The notes under the pieces were generated by a model that saw only the letters and a list, made by a program, of their open reading frames with translations, made no database searches and was not told the DNA's origin. The translations under genes were made by a program, and so were the position numbers. 64,000 nucleotides of DNA from Planctomycetota bacterium (GTDB lineage Bacteria > Planctomycetota > UBA1135 > UBA2386), in contig JBKAGP010000001.1 of assembly GCA_046290465.1 (NCBI GenBank), forward strand, positions 4,512,001 to 4,576,000, in the 5' to 3' direction. Shown in pieces: positions 19,623 to 28,733 of the stretch. Each line of letters begins with the position of its first letter. Within the stretch, counting starts at the first letter, position 1.

Positions 19623-21485
19623 ATGTGCGGCATCGTAGGCATCCGTAGGTTCGACGGCGCTCCCGTCGACGAGCAGCTCCTTCGCGACATGGCGAAGAAC
19701 CTGCACCACCGTGGCCCCGACGGGGATGGCTTCCAGATCATCGGGGGTCAGGTCGGATTCGGCCATACCCGCCTGTCGATCATCGACCTGGCCGGTTCGC
19801 CGCAGCCGATGACCTCGGCAAACGGCCCGGTACACCTCACCTACAACGGGGAGATCTTCAACTACCAGCCGCGCCGCGACGAACTGCTCGCGGCTGGCGT
19901 GCAGCTGCGCACGCACGGCGACACCGAGGTCCTGCTCGAGACGCTGCGTCGCGACAACCTGCGCGGGCTCGAGCGGCTCAACGGGCAGTTTGCGTTCGCG
20001 TTCTACGACGAGGACTCCGGCGAACTGCTGCTGGCGCGCGATCGCATCGGCATCCTGCCGCTCTACTACGCCGAGCGCGACGGCTTCGTCGCGTTCGCCA
20101 GCGAGATCAAGGCGCTGCTGCCGGCGCTCGAGGCGCCGCAGCTCGACGACGACGCGGTCGAGGACTACCTGACCTACCGTTCGGTGCCGCCGCCGAACAC
20201 GCTGTTCCGTGGCATCAAGAAGCTCGCCGCAGGCACCGCGATCCGCATCGGCCGCGACGGCAAGCTGCGCCACGAGACCTGGTGGAAGCTGCCGGACCAG
20301 CTGCCCGAACGCATGCTCGACGGCGACGAGGCGATGCAGGCGGTCGACCGGGCGCTCGAGCAGGCGGTGCAGCTGCGGCTGGTCGCCGACGTGCCGGTCG
20401 GCGCCTACCTCAGCGGCGGCCTCGACAGCAGCCTGACCGTCGCGCTGATGAAGAAGCTGCGCGACGGTGGCGAGGTCGAGACGTTTGCGGCGGGCTTCCA
20501 CGACCCGCGCTACGACGAGCTGCCGTACGCCAGGCAGGTCAGCGACGCGGTCGGTACCAGCCACCACGAGATCCACACGACCGCCGGCGACTTTCAGGAG
20601 CTTTGGTCGAAGCTGTCGTGGCATCGCGACGGCCCGATCAGCGAGCCGGCCGACGTCGCGATCTTCCGGATCGCCGAGTACGCGCGGCAGCACGTCAAGG
20701 TGCTGCTGTCCGGCGAGGGCAGCGACGAGCTGTTCGGCGGCTATCCCAAGTACGCCTACGATCCCAAGGTCGGCAAGCTCGCGGCGGTGCCGACGTTCTT
20801 GATGCGCGCCGGCGAGCGCATGCTGCCCGGCTCCAAGTTCCGTGCCCGCCAGGCGGCACGCGCGCTGACCGGACGTTCGACGGCCGAGCGGCTGCAGACG
20901 TGGTTCGCGCCGTTCACGTGGTACGAACGCAGGCAGCTACGCAGCGGCTACGGCGACGAGCGCACGCTCGGACAGTACGAACGCTGCCAGGGCGACCACC
21001 TGCGCAAGATGCTCTATGTCGACTGCCACACCTGGCTGGCCGACAACCTGCTCGAACGCGGCGATCGCATGTCGATGGCCGCGAGCATCGAGAACCGCCC
21101 GCCGTTCCTCGACCACGAGCTGGTGGAGCTGGCGTTCCGCGTCGACTCGTCGATGAAGGTGCGCGGCAAGAGCGGCAAGTGGATCGTCAAGGAGATCGCG
21201 CGCCGCCACCTGCCGGACAACATCATCGACCGCAAGAAGGTCGGCTTCCGGGTGCCGCTCGACGAGTGGTTCCGCGGTGGCCTGAAGGACTTCGTGCACG
21301 ACCTGCTGCTCGGCAAGGACGCGTTCGTCAGCAGCTACCTCGACCGCAAGACGATCGAGGGCCTGCTGCAGGACCACATGCGTCGGCGCCGCAACGAGGA
21401 GCTGCGGCTGTGGACGCTGATGGGGTTCGAGGTGTGGCACCGCACGTTCTTGCAGAAGCAGAACGGCGTCGCCTGTCCGGCGTGA
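19623..21485 (+). CDS. asnB: Asparagine synthase (glutamine-hydrolysing) family amidotransferase
   Basis: MCGIVG N-terminus, HRGPDG, YNGEIFN, LSGGLDSS, LSGEGSDELFGGY. Confidence 0.95.
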   Translation: MCGIVGIRRFDGAPVDEQLLRDMAKNLHHRGPDGDGFQIIGGQVGFGHTRLSIIDLAGSPQPMTSANGPVHLTYNGEIFNYQPRRDELLAAGVQLRTHGDTEVLLETLRRDNLRGLERLNGQFAFAFYDEDSGELLLARDRIGILPLYYAERDGFVAFASEIKALLPALEAPQLDDDAVEDYLTYRSVPPPNTLFRGIKKLAAGTAIRIGRDGKLRHETWWKLPDQLPERMLDGDEAMQAVDRALEQAVQLRLVADVPVGAYLSGGLDSSLTVALMKKLRDGGEVETFAAGFHDPRYDELPYARQVSDAVGTSHHEIHTTAGDFQELWSKLSWHRDGPISEPADVAIFRIAEYARQHVKVLLSGEGSDELFGGYPKYAYDPKVGKLAAVPTFLMRAGERMLPGSKFRARQAARALTGRSTAERLQTWFAPFTWYERRQLRSGYGDERTLGQYERCQGDHLRKMLYVDCHTWLADNLLERGDRMSMAASIENRPPFLDHELVELAFRVDSSMKVRGKSGKWIVKEIARRHLPDNIIDRKKVGFRVPLDEWFRGGLKDFVHDLLLGKDAFVSSYLDRKTIEGLLQDHMRRRRNEELRLWTLMGFEVWHRTFLQKQNGVACPA

Positions 21486-21489
21486 GGGC

Positions 21490-21843
21490 TCAGGCCTCGC
21501 CGCGCGCCGGGTAGTCGTTCTGCAGGATCCAGTCGAGCGACTTGAGCAGCGTCTCGGTGTGCGGCCGCGCGAACGGCATCGTCTGCAGCGACGACGCGTA
21601 GAGCGTGCCGTCGGGCCGGATCACGAACAGGCCGGGCTCGACGAACTGCGCCGGCTCCTTGTCGTTGACGCCGTTGGAGACGTAGAGGCCCCAAGCACGC
21701 GCGGTCTCGATCGACAGGCCGTAGCCGAGCGGCACCTTCTTGTCGTGTCATTCGGTAGACGTGCGCTCGGCCAGCTCGCGGTCGTTGACGCTCAGCATGA
21801 CGACGTCGATGCCGCGGCTCTGGAACTCAGCGTAGAAGCGCTC
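21490..21843 (-). pseudogene. Peroxiredoxin-like (AhpC/TSA redoxin) remnant, 5'-truncated with an internal stop
   Basis: ERFYAEFQSRGIDVVMLSVNDRELAERTSTE*HDKKVPLGYGLS...EPGLFVIRPDGTLY...MPFARP...DYPARGEA; no start codon or CxxC. Confidence 0.8.
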
Positions 21844-21946
21844 GGATCGGCCGATCGCGGTCGAATACGCGATCACCGAGATGGGTCGCTCGGCGCTGGT
21901 CGTGCTCGAGAAGCTCAAGGCGTGGACCGAGGTCCACGGCCTCTAG
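21842..21946 (+). pseudogene. C-terminal remnant of an HxlR-family winged-helix regulator
   Basis: Manual translation SDRPIAVEYAITEMGRSALVVLEKLKAWTEVHGL* resembles the HxlR wing motif (P.VEY.LT..GR.L..VL..L..W). Confidence 0.7.
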
Positions 21947-21952
21947 CCTGAC

Positions 21953-22420
21953 TCAGCGCACGCGCGTCCAGCGGTACTCGAGCCGCTGCCCGCCGGAGTC
22001 GTTGGCGTCGGCGGTCGCGCGCAGCTCGTCGCCCTCGGGCGACAGCTGGTAGTGGATGCGCTTGGGGAAGTCGTGGTCGTTGTTGACGAACGTCGCCGAG
22101 TTCTCGCCGTGCGAGGTCATCACGAACTCGGTCGCGTCGGCGCCGCGCGGCCGCGCCACGTAGACGAACGTGTCGCCGCGCTTCTCGATGCCGAGCAGTT
22201 CGAAGAACACCAGCTGGCCGCGCGCGATGGTGCGGTTCTGGCCGTACATCGTCAGCCCGTGCGGCGAAGTCCAGACCTCCAAGCTGCTGCCGCCGTCGTC
22301 GTCGAGCGAGCGCCAGGCGCCGGTCATGAAGGCGACCGGCTGCCACTCCGGGTCGGTGGGCGCCGCGGTGGTCTGGCACGCGGTCAGGAGCAGGAGGCCG
22401 AGCAGGGTCGTTCGCAGCAT
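21953..22420 (-). CDS. DUF6265-like lipoprotein
   Basis: Lipobox LTAC; W..G.W...E.W..P, FFE.L.I, F.N..HDFPKRI.Y. Confidence 0.75.
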   Translation of the reverse strand: MLRTTLLGLLLLTACQTTAAPTDPEWQPVAFMTGAWRSLDDDGGSSLEVWTSPHGLTMYGQNRTIARGQLVFFELLGIEKRGDTFVYVARPRGADATEFVMTSHGENSATFVNNDHDFPKRIHYQLSPEGDELRATADANDSGGQRLEYRWTRVR

Positions 22421-22437
22421 CCGCGCAGCGTAGCCGC

Positions 22438-23391
22438 TCAGTCGGCCAGAGACAGACCCGGGACGCGCGTGGCGATCTCGGCGACGCGCGTGCGGCACTC
22501 GGTGGCGTCGCCGTCGGGGGCGACGGTCCGGAAGCGGTGCACCTTGGTGAAGCCGAACGGTGCTTCGGTGCCGGTCCAGCGGCGCAGCTCGGCCTCGACC
22601 AGGCGGACCAGTTCGTCGTCGTGCTCGGGCAGCTGGTCGAGCGCCGGCTCGGCGCGCACCAGCACGCGGTCGGGCATCGCGCGGTTGGCGAACACCTGGG
22701 TGCAGAAGATCAGCTCGGCGAGGCCTGCGTCGAGGGACGGGTGCGGCAGCACTCCGTAGCCCGTGAGTTCGGGGGCCTGCCTGGCGATGCCGCCGAACCA
22801 GACGAACGCGCGCGGCTCGGCGGTCGTGCGCGCGGCGACCTGCGACAGTTCCGGTTCGAACGGGTCGAGCATGCGGCAGGCATCGACCGGCGAGACTGCG
22901 AGCACGACCTCGGTGGTGGTGTGTTCGGTCGGCACCTCGCCGTCGAGCAGCAGCGCGAACCCGCCGTCGTCGCGCGGCGAGATCGACGTGACGCGGCGGC
23001 CGAGGTGCAGCGCTTCGCCGAGCTGGCGACGGTAGGCCTGCACGACGTCCTCGCAGCCGGTCGGGAACGAGCACGGCTCGGGCTCGACCCGCAGCGGCCT
23101 GCGTTCGCGGCCGTCGAACAGCCAGCCGGTGCGGCCGGAGTCGAGGGCCGTGACCACCCGCGGCCGCGCGACCAGCGGTTCGAGCCAGGCGTCGACCTCC
23201 TCTCGGGTGAACGCGAACGGGCCCAGCTCGCAGACGAAGCCGTTGCTGCGCTGGCTGCGCACGTCGTCGCCCGGATTGGCATCGGCCTCGACGCACAGGA
23301 TCCGCGCGTCGGGGCGATTGGCCATTGTGCGTAGGGCGGCGCGCATGCCGCGCAGGCCGCCGCCGACCACGATCACGTCGAACCCCGTCAT
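22438..23391 (-). CDS. Shortened, degenerate protoporphyrinogen oxidase (HemY)-like flavoprotein
   Basis: VIVVGGGLRG, E...PGDDVRS...GFVCELGP, GYGVLPHP; 317 aa. Confidence 0.65.
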   Translation of the reverse strand: MTGFDVIVVGGGLRGMRAALRTMANRPDARILCVEADANPGDDVRSQRSNGFVCELGPFAFTREEVDAWLEPLVARPRVVTALDSGRTGWLFDGRERRPLRVEPEPCSFPTGCEDVVQAYRRQLGEALHLGRRVTSISPRDDGGFALLLDGEVPTEHTTTEVVLAVSPVDACRMLDPFEPELSQVAARTTAEPRAFVWFGGIARQAPELTGYGVLPHPSLDAGLAELIFCTQVFANRAMPDRVLVRAEPALDQLPEHDDELVRLVEAELRRWTGTEAPFGFTKVHRFRTVAPDGDATECRTRVAEIATRVPGLSLAD

Positions 23392-23481
23392 GGCCGCCCA
23401 GCTAACTGGCGCGGGCACGAAAATGCGATCACAAGCCACTTTGCGCACGCGCGACGACGTTCCATGCTGGCAAGCCTCGCC

Positions 23482-25428
23482 ATGGCCGAACACAAGGCTC
23501 GCACGACCTGCAATCGGGACTGCCCCGATTCCTGCGCGATCGTCGCTACGATCATCGACGGTGTCGTCACGCGGCTCGAAGGCGACCGCGAGCATCCGGT
23601 CACCAAGGGCTTCCTGTGCTTCCGGACCAGCCGGTTCCCCGAGCTGGCCGCGTCGAGCCAGCGCATCGCCCAGCCGCAGATCCGGCGCAACGGTCGGCTC
23701 GAGCCGGCGACGTGGGAGGCGGCGCTGTCGCTGGTCGCCGACAAGCTGCGCATCGTGCGCGACGAGTCGGGCCCGGCCGCGATCTTCCACTATCGCTCGG
23801 GCGGTTCGCTCGGGATCCTGAAGCACCTGACCGACCTGTTCTTCGACCAGTTCGGTCCGTGCGCGACCAAGGTCGGCGACATCTGCTCGGGCGCCGGCGA
23901 GGCCGCGCAGCTGCACGACCTCGGCACCAGCGACAGCAACGACCTGTTCGACCTGCGCAACAGCAAGCACATCGTGTTGTGGGGCAAGAACCCCAAGGTC
24001 AGCAACGTGCACCTGGTGCCGGTGCTGCAGGACGCGCAGAAGCGCGGCGCCGAACTGATCTCGATCGACCCGCTGCACCACAAGTCGTCGTCGCTCGCCG
24101 ACGTGTCGCTGCAGCCGGCGCCGGGTCGTGACTTCGAACTCGCGATGGGCGTCGCGCGCTACCTGTTCGACGAGGACGCGGTGGTCGACGACGCGGCCGA
24201 CTTCTGCGACCACCTCGACGCGTTCCGGGCGCTCGCCGAACGCCGCAGCGTCGCCGAGTGGGCCGGTCTCGCCGGCCTCACCGAGCGCGACGTGCGCGAC
24301 CTCGGCGCGCGCTTCGCCGAAGGGCCGGCAGCGATCCTGGTCGGCTGGGGCATGCAGCGGCGCCAGCGCGGCGGCGCGATCGTGCGCGCGCTCGACGCGC
24401 TGGCGGCGATCAGCGGCAACCTGTTCCGTTCGGGCGGCGGCGTGTCGTTCTATTTCGCGCGACGCAAGCCGTTCCAGCCGTTCGGTCCGACCGTGAAGCA
24501 TCCGCGCACGATCCGCGAACCGCTGCTGGGCGAAGACGTGCTGGCCGCCAGGGAGCCGCCGGTGCGCGTCATGTGGGTCACCGCCGGCAACCCGGTGTCG
24601 ATGCTGCCGGACGCGCAGAAGGTCGCCGAGGCGTTCGAGCAGACCGAGTTCGTGGTCGTCGCCGACTGCCTGATGACCGACACCGCGCGGCGTGCCGACG
24701 TGGTGCTGCCGATCCCGACCCTGCTCGAGGACAGCGACCTGCTGGGCGCCTACGGCCATCACTGGATCAGCGAGTCGCGGCCGGTCGTGGCGGCGCCCGA
24801 CGGCGTTCGCCACGAGGTGCGCATCTTCCAGGACCTGGCGCGCCGGCTCGGGCTCGCCGACTATCCGCAGGACAGCGTCGACCAGCTCAAGCGTCAGGCG
24901 CTGTCGCTGATCGCCGGCCAGGGTGCGAGCCTCGACTCGCTGCGCCGCGACGGTGCGGTGCGCAGTCCGTTGGCGACGCCGCTGCTGTTCCCCGATCGCC
25001 GCGTGTTGACGCCCAACGGCCGCGTGCAGTTGATCGACCGCGAGCCCGACGAGGCCGTGCTCGCGACGCCCGACGCCGTCGACGGTGGCAGCGAGCCGCT
25101 GTGGTTGTTCTCGAACTCGACCGAGAAGAGCCAGGGCGCGCAGTGGGCCGGGCAGGGGCTCGGCGAACGCACGTGGGTGGTCGTGCATCCGGACGCCGCG
25201 CCGGGCATGGCCGCCGGGGACGTCGTGCGGGTCGTCAGTCCGCACGGCGAGATCGAGGCCGAACTGCGGCTCGACGACCAGCAGCGACGCGACGTCGCGA
25301 TCATGCCGAAGGGCGGCCACTTCGACCGCGGCCACAGCGCCAATGCGCTGATCGCGGCGCGGCCGACCGACCTCGGCCTCGGCGCCGCCTACCTCGACTG
25401 CTTCGTGCGGCTCGCGCCGAAGCGCTGA
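23482..25428 (+). CDS. Molybdopterin-dependent oxidoreductase (DMSO reductase superfamily)
   Basis: CNRDCPDSC...GFLC Fe-S motif, LWGKNP, MTDTARRADVVLP, C-terminal HPDAA...GD.V.V.S..G. Confidence 0.9.
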   Translation: MAEHKARTTCNRDCPDSCAIVATIIDGVVTRLEGDREHPVTKGFLCFRTSRFPELAASSQRIAQPQIRRNGRLEPATWEAALSLVADKLRIVRDESGPAAIFHYRSGGSLGILKHLTDLFFDQFGPCATKVGDICSGAGEAAQLHDLGTSDSNDLFDLRNSKHIVLWGKNPKVSNVHLVPVLQDAQKRGAELISIDPLHHKSSSLADVSLQPAPGRDFELAMGVARYLFDEDAVVDDAADFCDHLDAFRALAERRSVAEWAGLAGLTERDVRDLGARFAEGPAAILVGWGMQRRQRGGAIVRALDALAAISGNLFRSGGGVSFYFARRKPFQPFGPTVKHPRTIREPLLGEDVLAAREPPVRVMWVTAGNPVSMLPDAQKVAEAFEQTEFVVVADCLMTDTARRADVVLPIPTLLEDSDLLGAYGHHWISESRPVVAAPDGVRHEVRIFQDLARRLGLADYPQDSVDQLKRQALSLIAGQGASLDSLRRDGAVRSPLATPLLFPDRRVLTPNGRVQLIDREPDEAVLATPDAVDGGSEPLWLFSNSTEKSQGAQWAGQGLGERTWVVVHPDAAPGMAAGDVVRVVSPHGEIEAELRLDDQQRRDVAIMPKGGHFDRGHSANALIAARPTDLGLGAAYLDCFVRLAPKR

Positions 25429-27161
25429 CCGCGGCCGCCGCGGAACGTCTCGCGGTGGATCACCAGGTGCGGGTCGCGCTTGTCGCGGCGCTGCACGCGG
25501 CGCGCGAACTCGTCGGCCGCCTGCTCCGAGACCTCGAACGTGGTCGTCATCGCGTCCATCGAGATCGAACCGACCTGCTGGCTGTCGACGCCGCCGCGGC
25601 GGCAGACGTGCGCCAGGATGCGGCGCGGGTTGGCGCCGCCGCGCGCGCCCCAGTTGATGCGGAAGCGCACGAAGCCGTGCTCGGGCTGCTTGGCCGGCTC
25701 GGCCTCCTCGCCCTTCCACGACGGCTTGGCGCCCGGCGCGCCGCGGCGGTCGTTGCCGAGGCGCGGCGCGTCGTCGCGCTCCTTCGGCGGCTGCGGCGGC
25801 AGCAGGTCGAACGGCTGGCGCGGCGCGGTGATCGACTTGCTCAGCAGCATCGCGACGACCTCGACGGGGTCGCGTTCTTGCAGCAGGTTGGCGGCGGTGG
25901 CGCGCTTCTCCGGCGTCGCGGCCATGCCGGCAGTCAGCGTCGTCAGCGCTTCGGCCTCGGCGCGCTCGAGCTGCTTCTTGGCGATGGTCTGGGCCGTCGG
26001 CGGCCACGTCCAGCGCGGCTCGAGTCCGAGGTGGTCGAACATGCGGTGGCTGCGGCCGGCGCGCATCTTGGGGACCAGCAGCACGCTGCGGCCCTTCTGG
26101 CCGGCGCGGCCGGTGCGGCCGCTGCGGTGCACGTAGGTCGCCGCGTCGATCGGCAGATCGACGTGGATGACCATCGTCACGGCCGGCACGTCGATGCCGC
26201 GCGCGGCGACGTCGGTCGCGACCAGCACCTTGATGCTGCCGTTGCGGAACGCGTTGAGCGTGCGCGTGCGCTGCGTCTGCGCCAGGTCGCCGTTGAGCGG
26301 CAGCGCGCCGAAGCCGTCGGCGGCCAGCTTGTCGGCCATGCGCGCGGTCTCCTCACGCGTGCGCACGAAGATCAGCGTGCGCTCCTCGCCGGCGAGCAGC
26401 AGCAGGTTGACGGTCGCCTGGTAGTGCTCGCGCGGGCCGATGCGGCAGGCGACGTGCTCGATGTCGGAGTGCTGTTCGCCGGTCGTGCCCTCGATCAGCA
26501 GCGGCTCGTTCTGGAAGCGGTCGGCCAGCTCCAGCACCGCGCGCGGGAACGTCGCCGACACCAGGTGCGTGCGGCGCTGCTCGGGCAGGTGCTCGAGGAT
26601 GCCGTCGAGCTCGTCCTTGAAGCCGAGGTCGAGCATCTGGTCGGCCTCGTCGAGGATCAGCTGCGAGACCGACGAGATGTCGAGGCCGCCGCGACGCAGG
26701 TGGTCGAGCAGGCGGCCGGGGGTGCCGACCAGCACCGACGGCTTGCGCCGCAGGCGAATGCGTTCGCGGTCGAGGTTGGTGCCGCCGGTGACGACCTCGC
26801 ACTGCACGTCGCGAATCCCGGCAAACAGCCACGACAGCTCGTCGCGGACCTGCATCGCCAGTTCGCGCGTCGGCGCGATCACCAGCGTGGTCGGGCCGAC
26901 CCGGTCGGGGTCCTCGAGCCTGGCCGCCAGCGCAAAGCCGATCGCAACCGTCTTGCCAGAGCCGGTTTGCGACGAGATGCGCAGGTCGCGGGCGCCGTCG
27001 TCGGCGTTGGCTACGGCCTCCTGTACCGCGGTCAGCTTTTCGAACCCGCGCTTCTCCAGCGCGGGTCGCAGGGCGTCCGGAGCCGCTGCGAGGGGCGATG
27101 CGCTCGGGGGCGTTTCGGCCTCACTCGGGGTCTCCAGGGACTTTTCTGACTCGAAGTACAT
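25389..27161 (-). CDS. DEAD-box RNA helicase with DbpA/CsdA-like C-terminal RNA-binding domain
   Basis: QTGSGKT, PTRELA, TPGRLLDHL, DEAD, SAT, ARGID, HRSGRTGRAG. Confidence 0.95.
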   Translation of the reverse strand: MYFESEKSLETPSEAETPPSASPLAAAPDALRPALEKRGFEKLTAVQEAVANADDGARDLRISSQTGSGKTVAIGFALAARLEDPDRVGPTTLVIAPTRELAMQVRDELSWLFAGIRDVQCEVVTGGTNLDRERIRLRRKPSVLVGTPGRLLDHLRRGGLDISSVSQLILDEADQMLDLGFKDELDGILEHLPEQRRTHLVSATFPRAVLELADRFQNEPLLIEGTTGEQHSDIEHVACRIGPREHYQATVNLLLLAGEERTLIFVRTREETARMADKLAADGFGALPLNGDLAQTQRTRTLNAFRNGSIKVLVATDVAARGIDVPAVTMVIHVDLPIDAATYVHRSGRTGRAGQKGRSVLLVPKMRAGRSHRMFDHLGLEPRWTWPPTAQTIAKKQLERAEAEALTTLTAGMAATPEKRATAANLLQERDPVEVVAMLLSKSITAPRQPFDLLPPQPPKERDDAPRLGNDRRGAPGAKPSWKGEEAEPAKQPEHGFVRFRINWGARGGANPRRILAHVCRRGGVDSQQVGSISMDAMTTTFEVSEQAADEFARRVQRRDKRDPHLVIHRETFRGGRGQRFGASRTKQSR

Positions 27162-27293
27162 ACCGCAGTGTCGCAGCCGTGCCCGCAAGAGTCAATGTAC
27201 CGAGGAGCGTTCTGCACAGGTTGTCCAGGGGCGGCTCGGCGCGGCGGCGCCAACGCGGTCGCAGCATGCCCCGGTCGCGTTAGTTTCTCGGGC

Positions 27294-27668
27294 ATGTCTG
27301 CACGCGTGCTGCTGGTCGGTCTCGAGAGTGCCGCCGTCGACTTCGCCAGGTGGCCCGAGCTGACCGTGCAGAAGCTCGAAGCGGCCTTCGCTGCGGTCGA
27401 ACGGGCGCTTGCCGACGAGGGGATGGAGCCCCGCTGGTGCCTGGTCGACTCGGGTGCGACGGCCTGCGACCAGCTGGCGGCGGCCTTGACGCAGTTCGCT
27501 CCCGACGTGGTGTCGATCGGGGCCGGCGTGCGCGCGGACCCGGCGCACCTGCACCTGTTCGAACGCATGGTCAACCTCGTGCACCAGCAGGTGCCGCAGG
27601 CGGTGTTCGCCTTCAACACCGACCCGATGGACACGATCGCGTCGGTGCGACGGGCGGTCCGCTCGTGA
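27294..27668 (+). CDS. Small hypothetical protein
   Basis: DVVSIGAGVR...LFERMVNLVH...FNT.P.DT; stop overlaps the next GTG. Confidence 0.7.
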   Translation: MSARVLLVGLESAAVDFARWPELTVQKLEAAFAAVERALADEGMEPRWCLVDSGATACDQLAAALTQFAPDVVSIGAGVRADPAHLHLFERMVNLVHQQVPQAVFAFNTDPMDTIASVRRAVRS

Positions 27669-28666
27669 GGTGGCGTTGCTGGTGGCTGCTGCTGGCGGCG
27701 CTGGCCGGCTGCCGCGTGCCCGGGCCGGTCCTGGAGCCCCGGTTGGCTCATGAGTCCCGGTCGGCTCATGAGTCGCGGTCGGCCCCAGACGCCGGACCCG
27801 CGTCGCGCGTGCGCGTCGCGATCGCGCAGTGGCCGATCCGCAGCGGACGCAGCGCCGACGAGCTCGCTGCCGACGTCGCCGCGACCGCGCGCCGTGCTGC
27901 CGAGGGCGGGGCCGGCCTGCTGGTGTTCCCCGAACTGGTCGCGCTCGACTGCTGGAAGGCGCGCGCGGACGAGTCCGAACGGGACGCCGCCCGTCGGCTC
28001 GCGGTCGAGGTCACGCCGTCGCTGTTCGCCGCGGCGCGCGCCGCGGCTGCCGAGCACCGACTCGCCATCCTGGTCGGCGGTCCGATCGTCGCCAGCGACG
28101 GCGTGCACAACCGCGAGCTGTTCGCGTTCGCCGACGGCAAACGCGTCCTGCAGGACAAGCTGTTCCTGACCGCGTGGGAACGGCAGGTCGGCTGGCGCGC
28201 CGGCGACCGGCTGCACGTGTTCGCGGCGCCCTGGGGCACCACCGCGATCGCGACCTGCTACGACGTCGAGTTCCCGCGCGTGACCGAGCTGCTCGCGCAG
28301 CAGCCGATCGACGTGCTGCTGGTGCCGTCGATGACCGAGTCCGAGCACGGCCGCGGCCGCGTGCGCACGACGGCCGCGGCGCGCGCGGTCGAGCACCACG
28401 CGTTCGTCGTCGTCGCGGCGACGGTCGGCCGGCCGGCGCCGGACTGGCGCCACTTCGGCACCAGCTGCGTGTTCGCTCCGCACGACGGCCCGTTCTCGGG
28501 CCTGCTCGCCGACGCCGAGCCCGACCGCGAGCAGCTGCTGTTCGTCGACCTCGACGTGCCGGCGCTGCGCGCGAGCCGCGCCGCCAGCCGGTTCGCGCCG
28601 GCCGTGGACCAGCGCGCGCGCGATGGCGCCGTCCGGCTCGTGCGCGGAGCCACCGAAAACCTGTGA
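27665..28666 (+). CDS. Carbon-nitrogen hydrolase (nitrilase superfamily) lipoprotein
   Basis: Lipobox LAGC; Glu-Lys-Cys triad in VFPE, QDKLFL, TCYDVEFP. Confidence 0.85.
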   Translation: MRWRCWWLLLAALAGCRVPGPVLEPRLAHESRSAHESRSAPDAGPASRVRVAIAQWPIRSGRSADELAADVAATARRAAEGGAGLLVFPELVALDCWKARADESERDAARRLAVEVTPSLFAAARAAAAEHRLAILVGGPIVASDGVHNRELFAFADGKRVLQDKLFLTAWERQVGWRAGDRLHVFAAPWGTTAIATCYDVEFPRVTELLAQQPIDVLLVPSMTESEHGRGRVRTTAAARAVEHHAFVVVAATVGRPAPDWRHFGTSCVFAPHDGPFSGLLADAEPDREQLLFVDLDVPALRASRAASRFAPAVDQRARDGAVRLVRGATENL

Positions 28667-28733
28667 TTGCGCGGCGATCTCGGTTGCGCGCCGGATCGCG
28701 CGGCGATCAGCTGCGCGCCGAGGTCTACCAACC

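Noticed and set aside
21748..21750. Second in-frame TGA (redoxin remnant) as selenocysteine or UGA=Trp recoding
   Set aside because: It falls where Trp, not Cys, is expected in a gene already lacking its 5' end. TGA is a real stop in many coupled genes here (ATGA/GTGA overlaps) and Trp is encoded by TGG, so this is best read as a nonsense mutation.
25389..25428. 40-bp convergent overlap of oxidoreductase and DEAD-box helicase 3' ends
   Set aside because: Short tail-to-tail overlaps are common in high-GC genomes.
27741..27776. 18-nt tandem duplication with CTCATGAG palindromes
   Set aside because: In-frame duplication (AHESRS x2) in a lipoprotein linker; no evidence of separate function.
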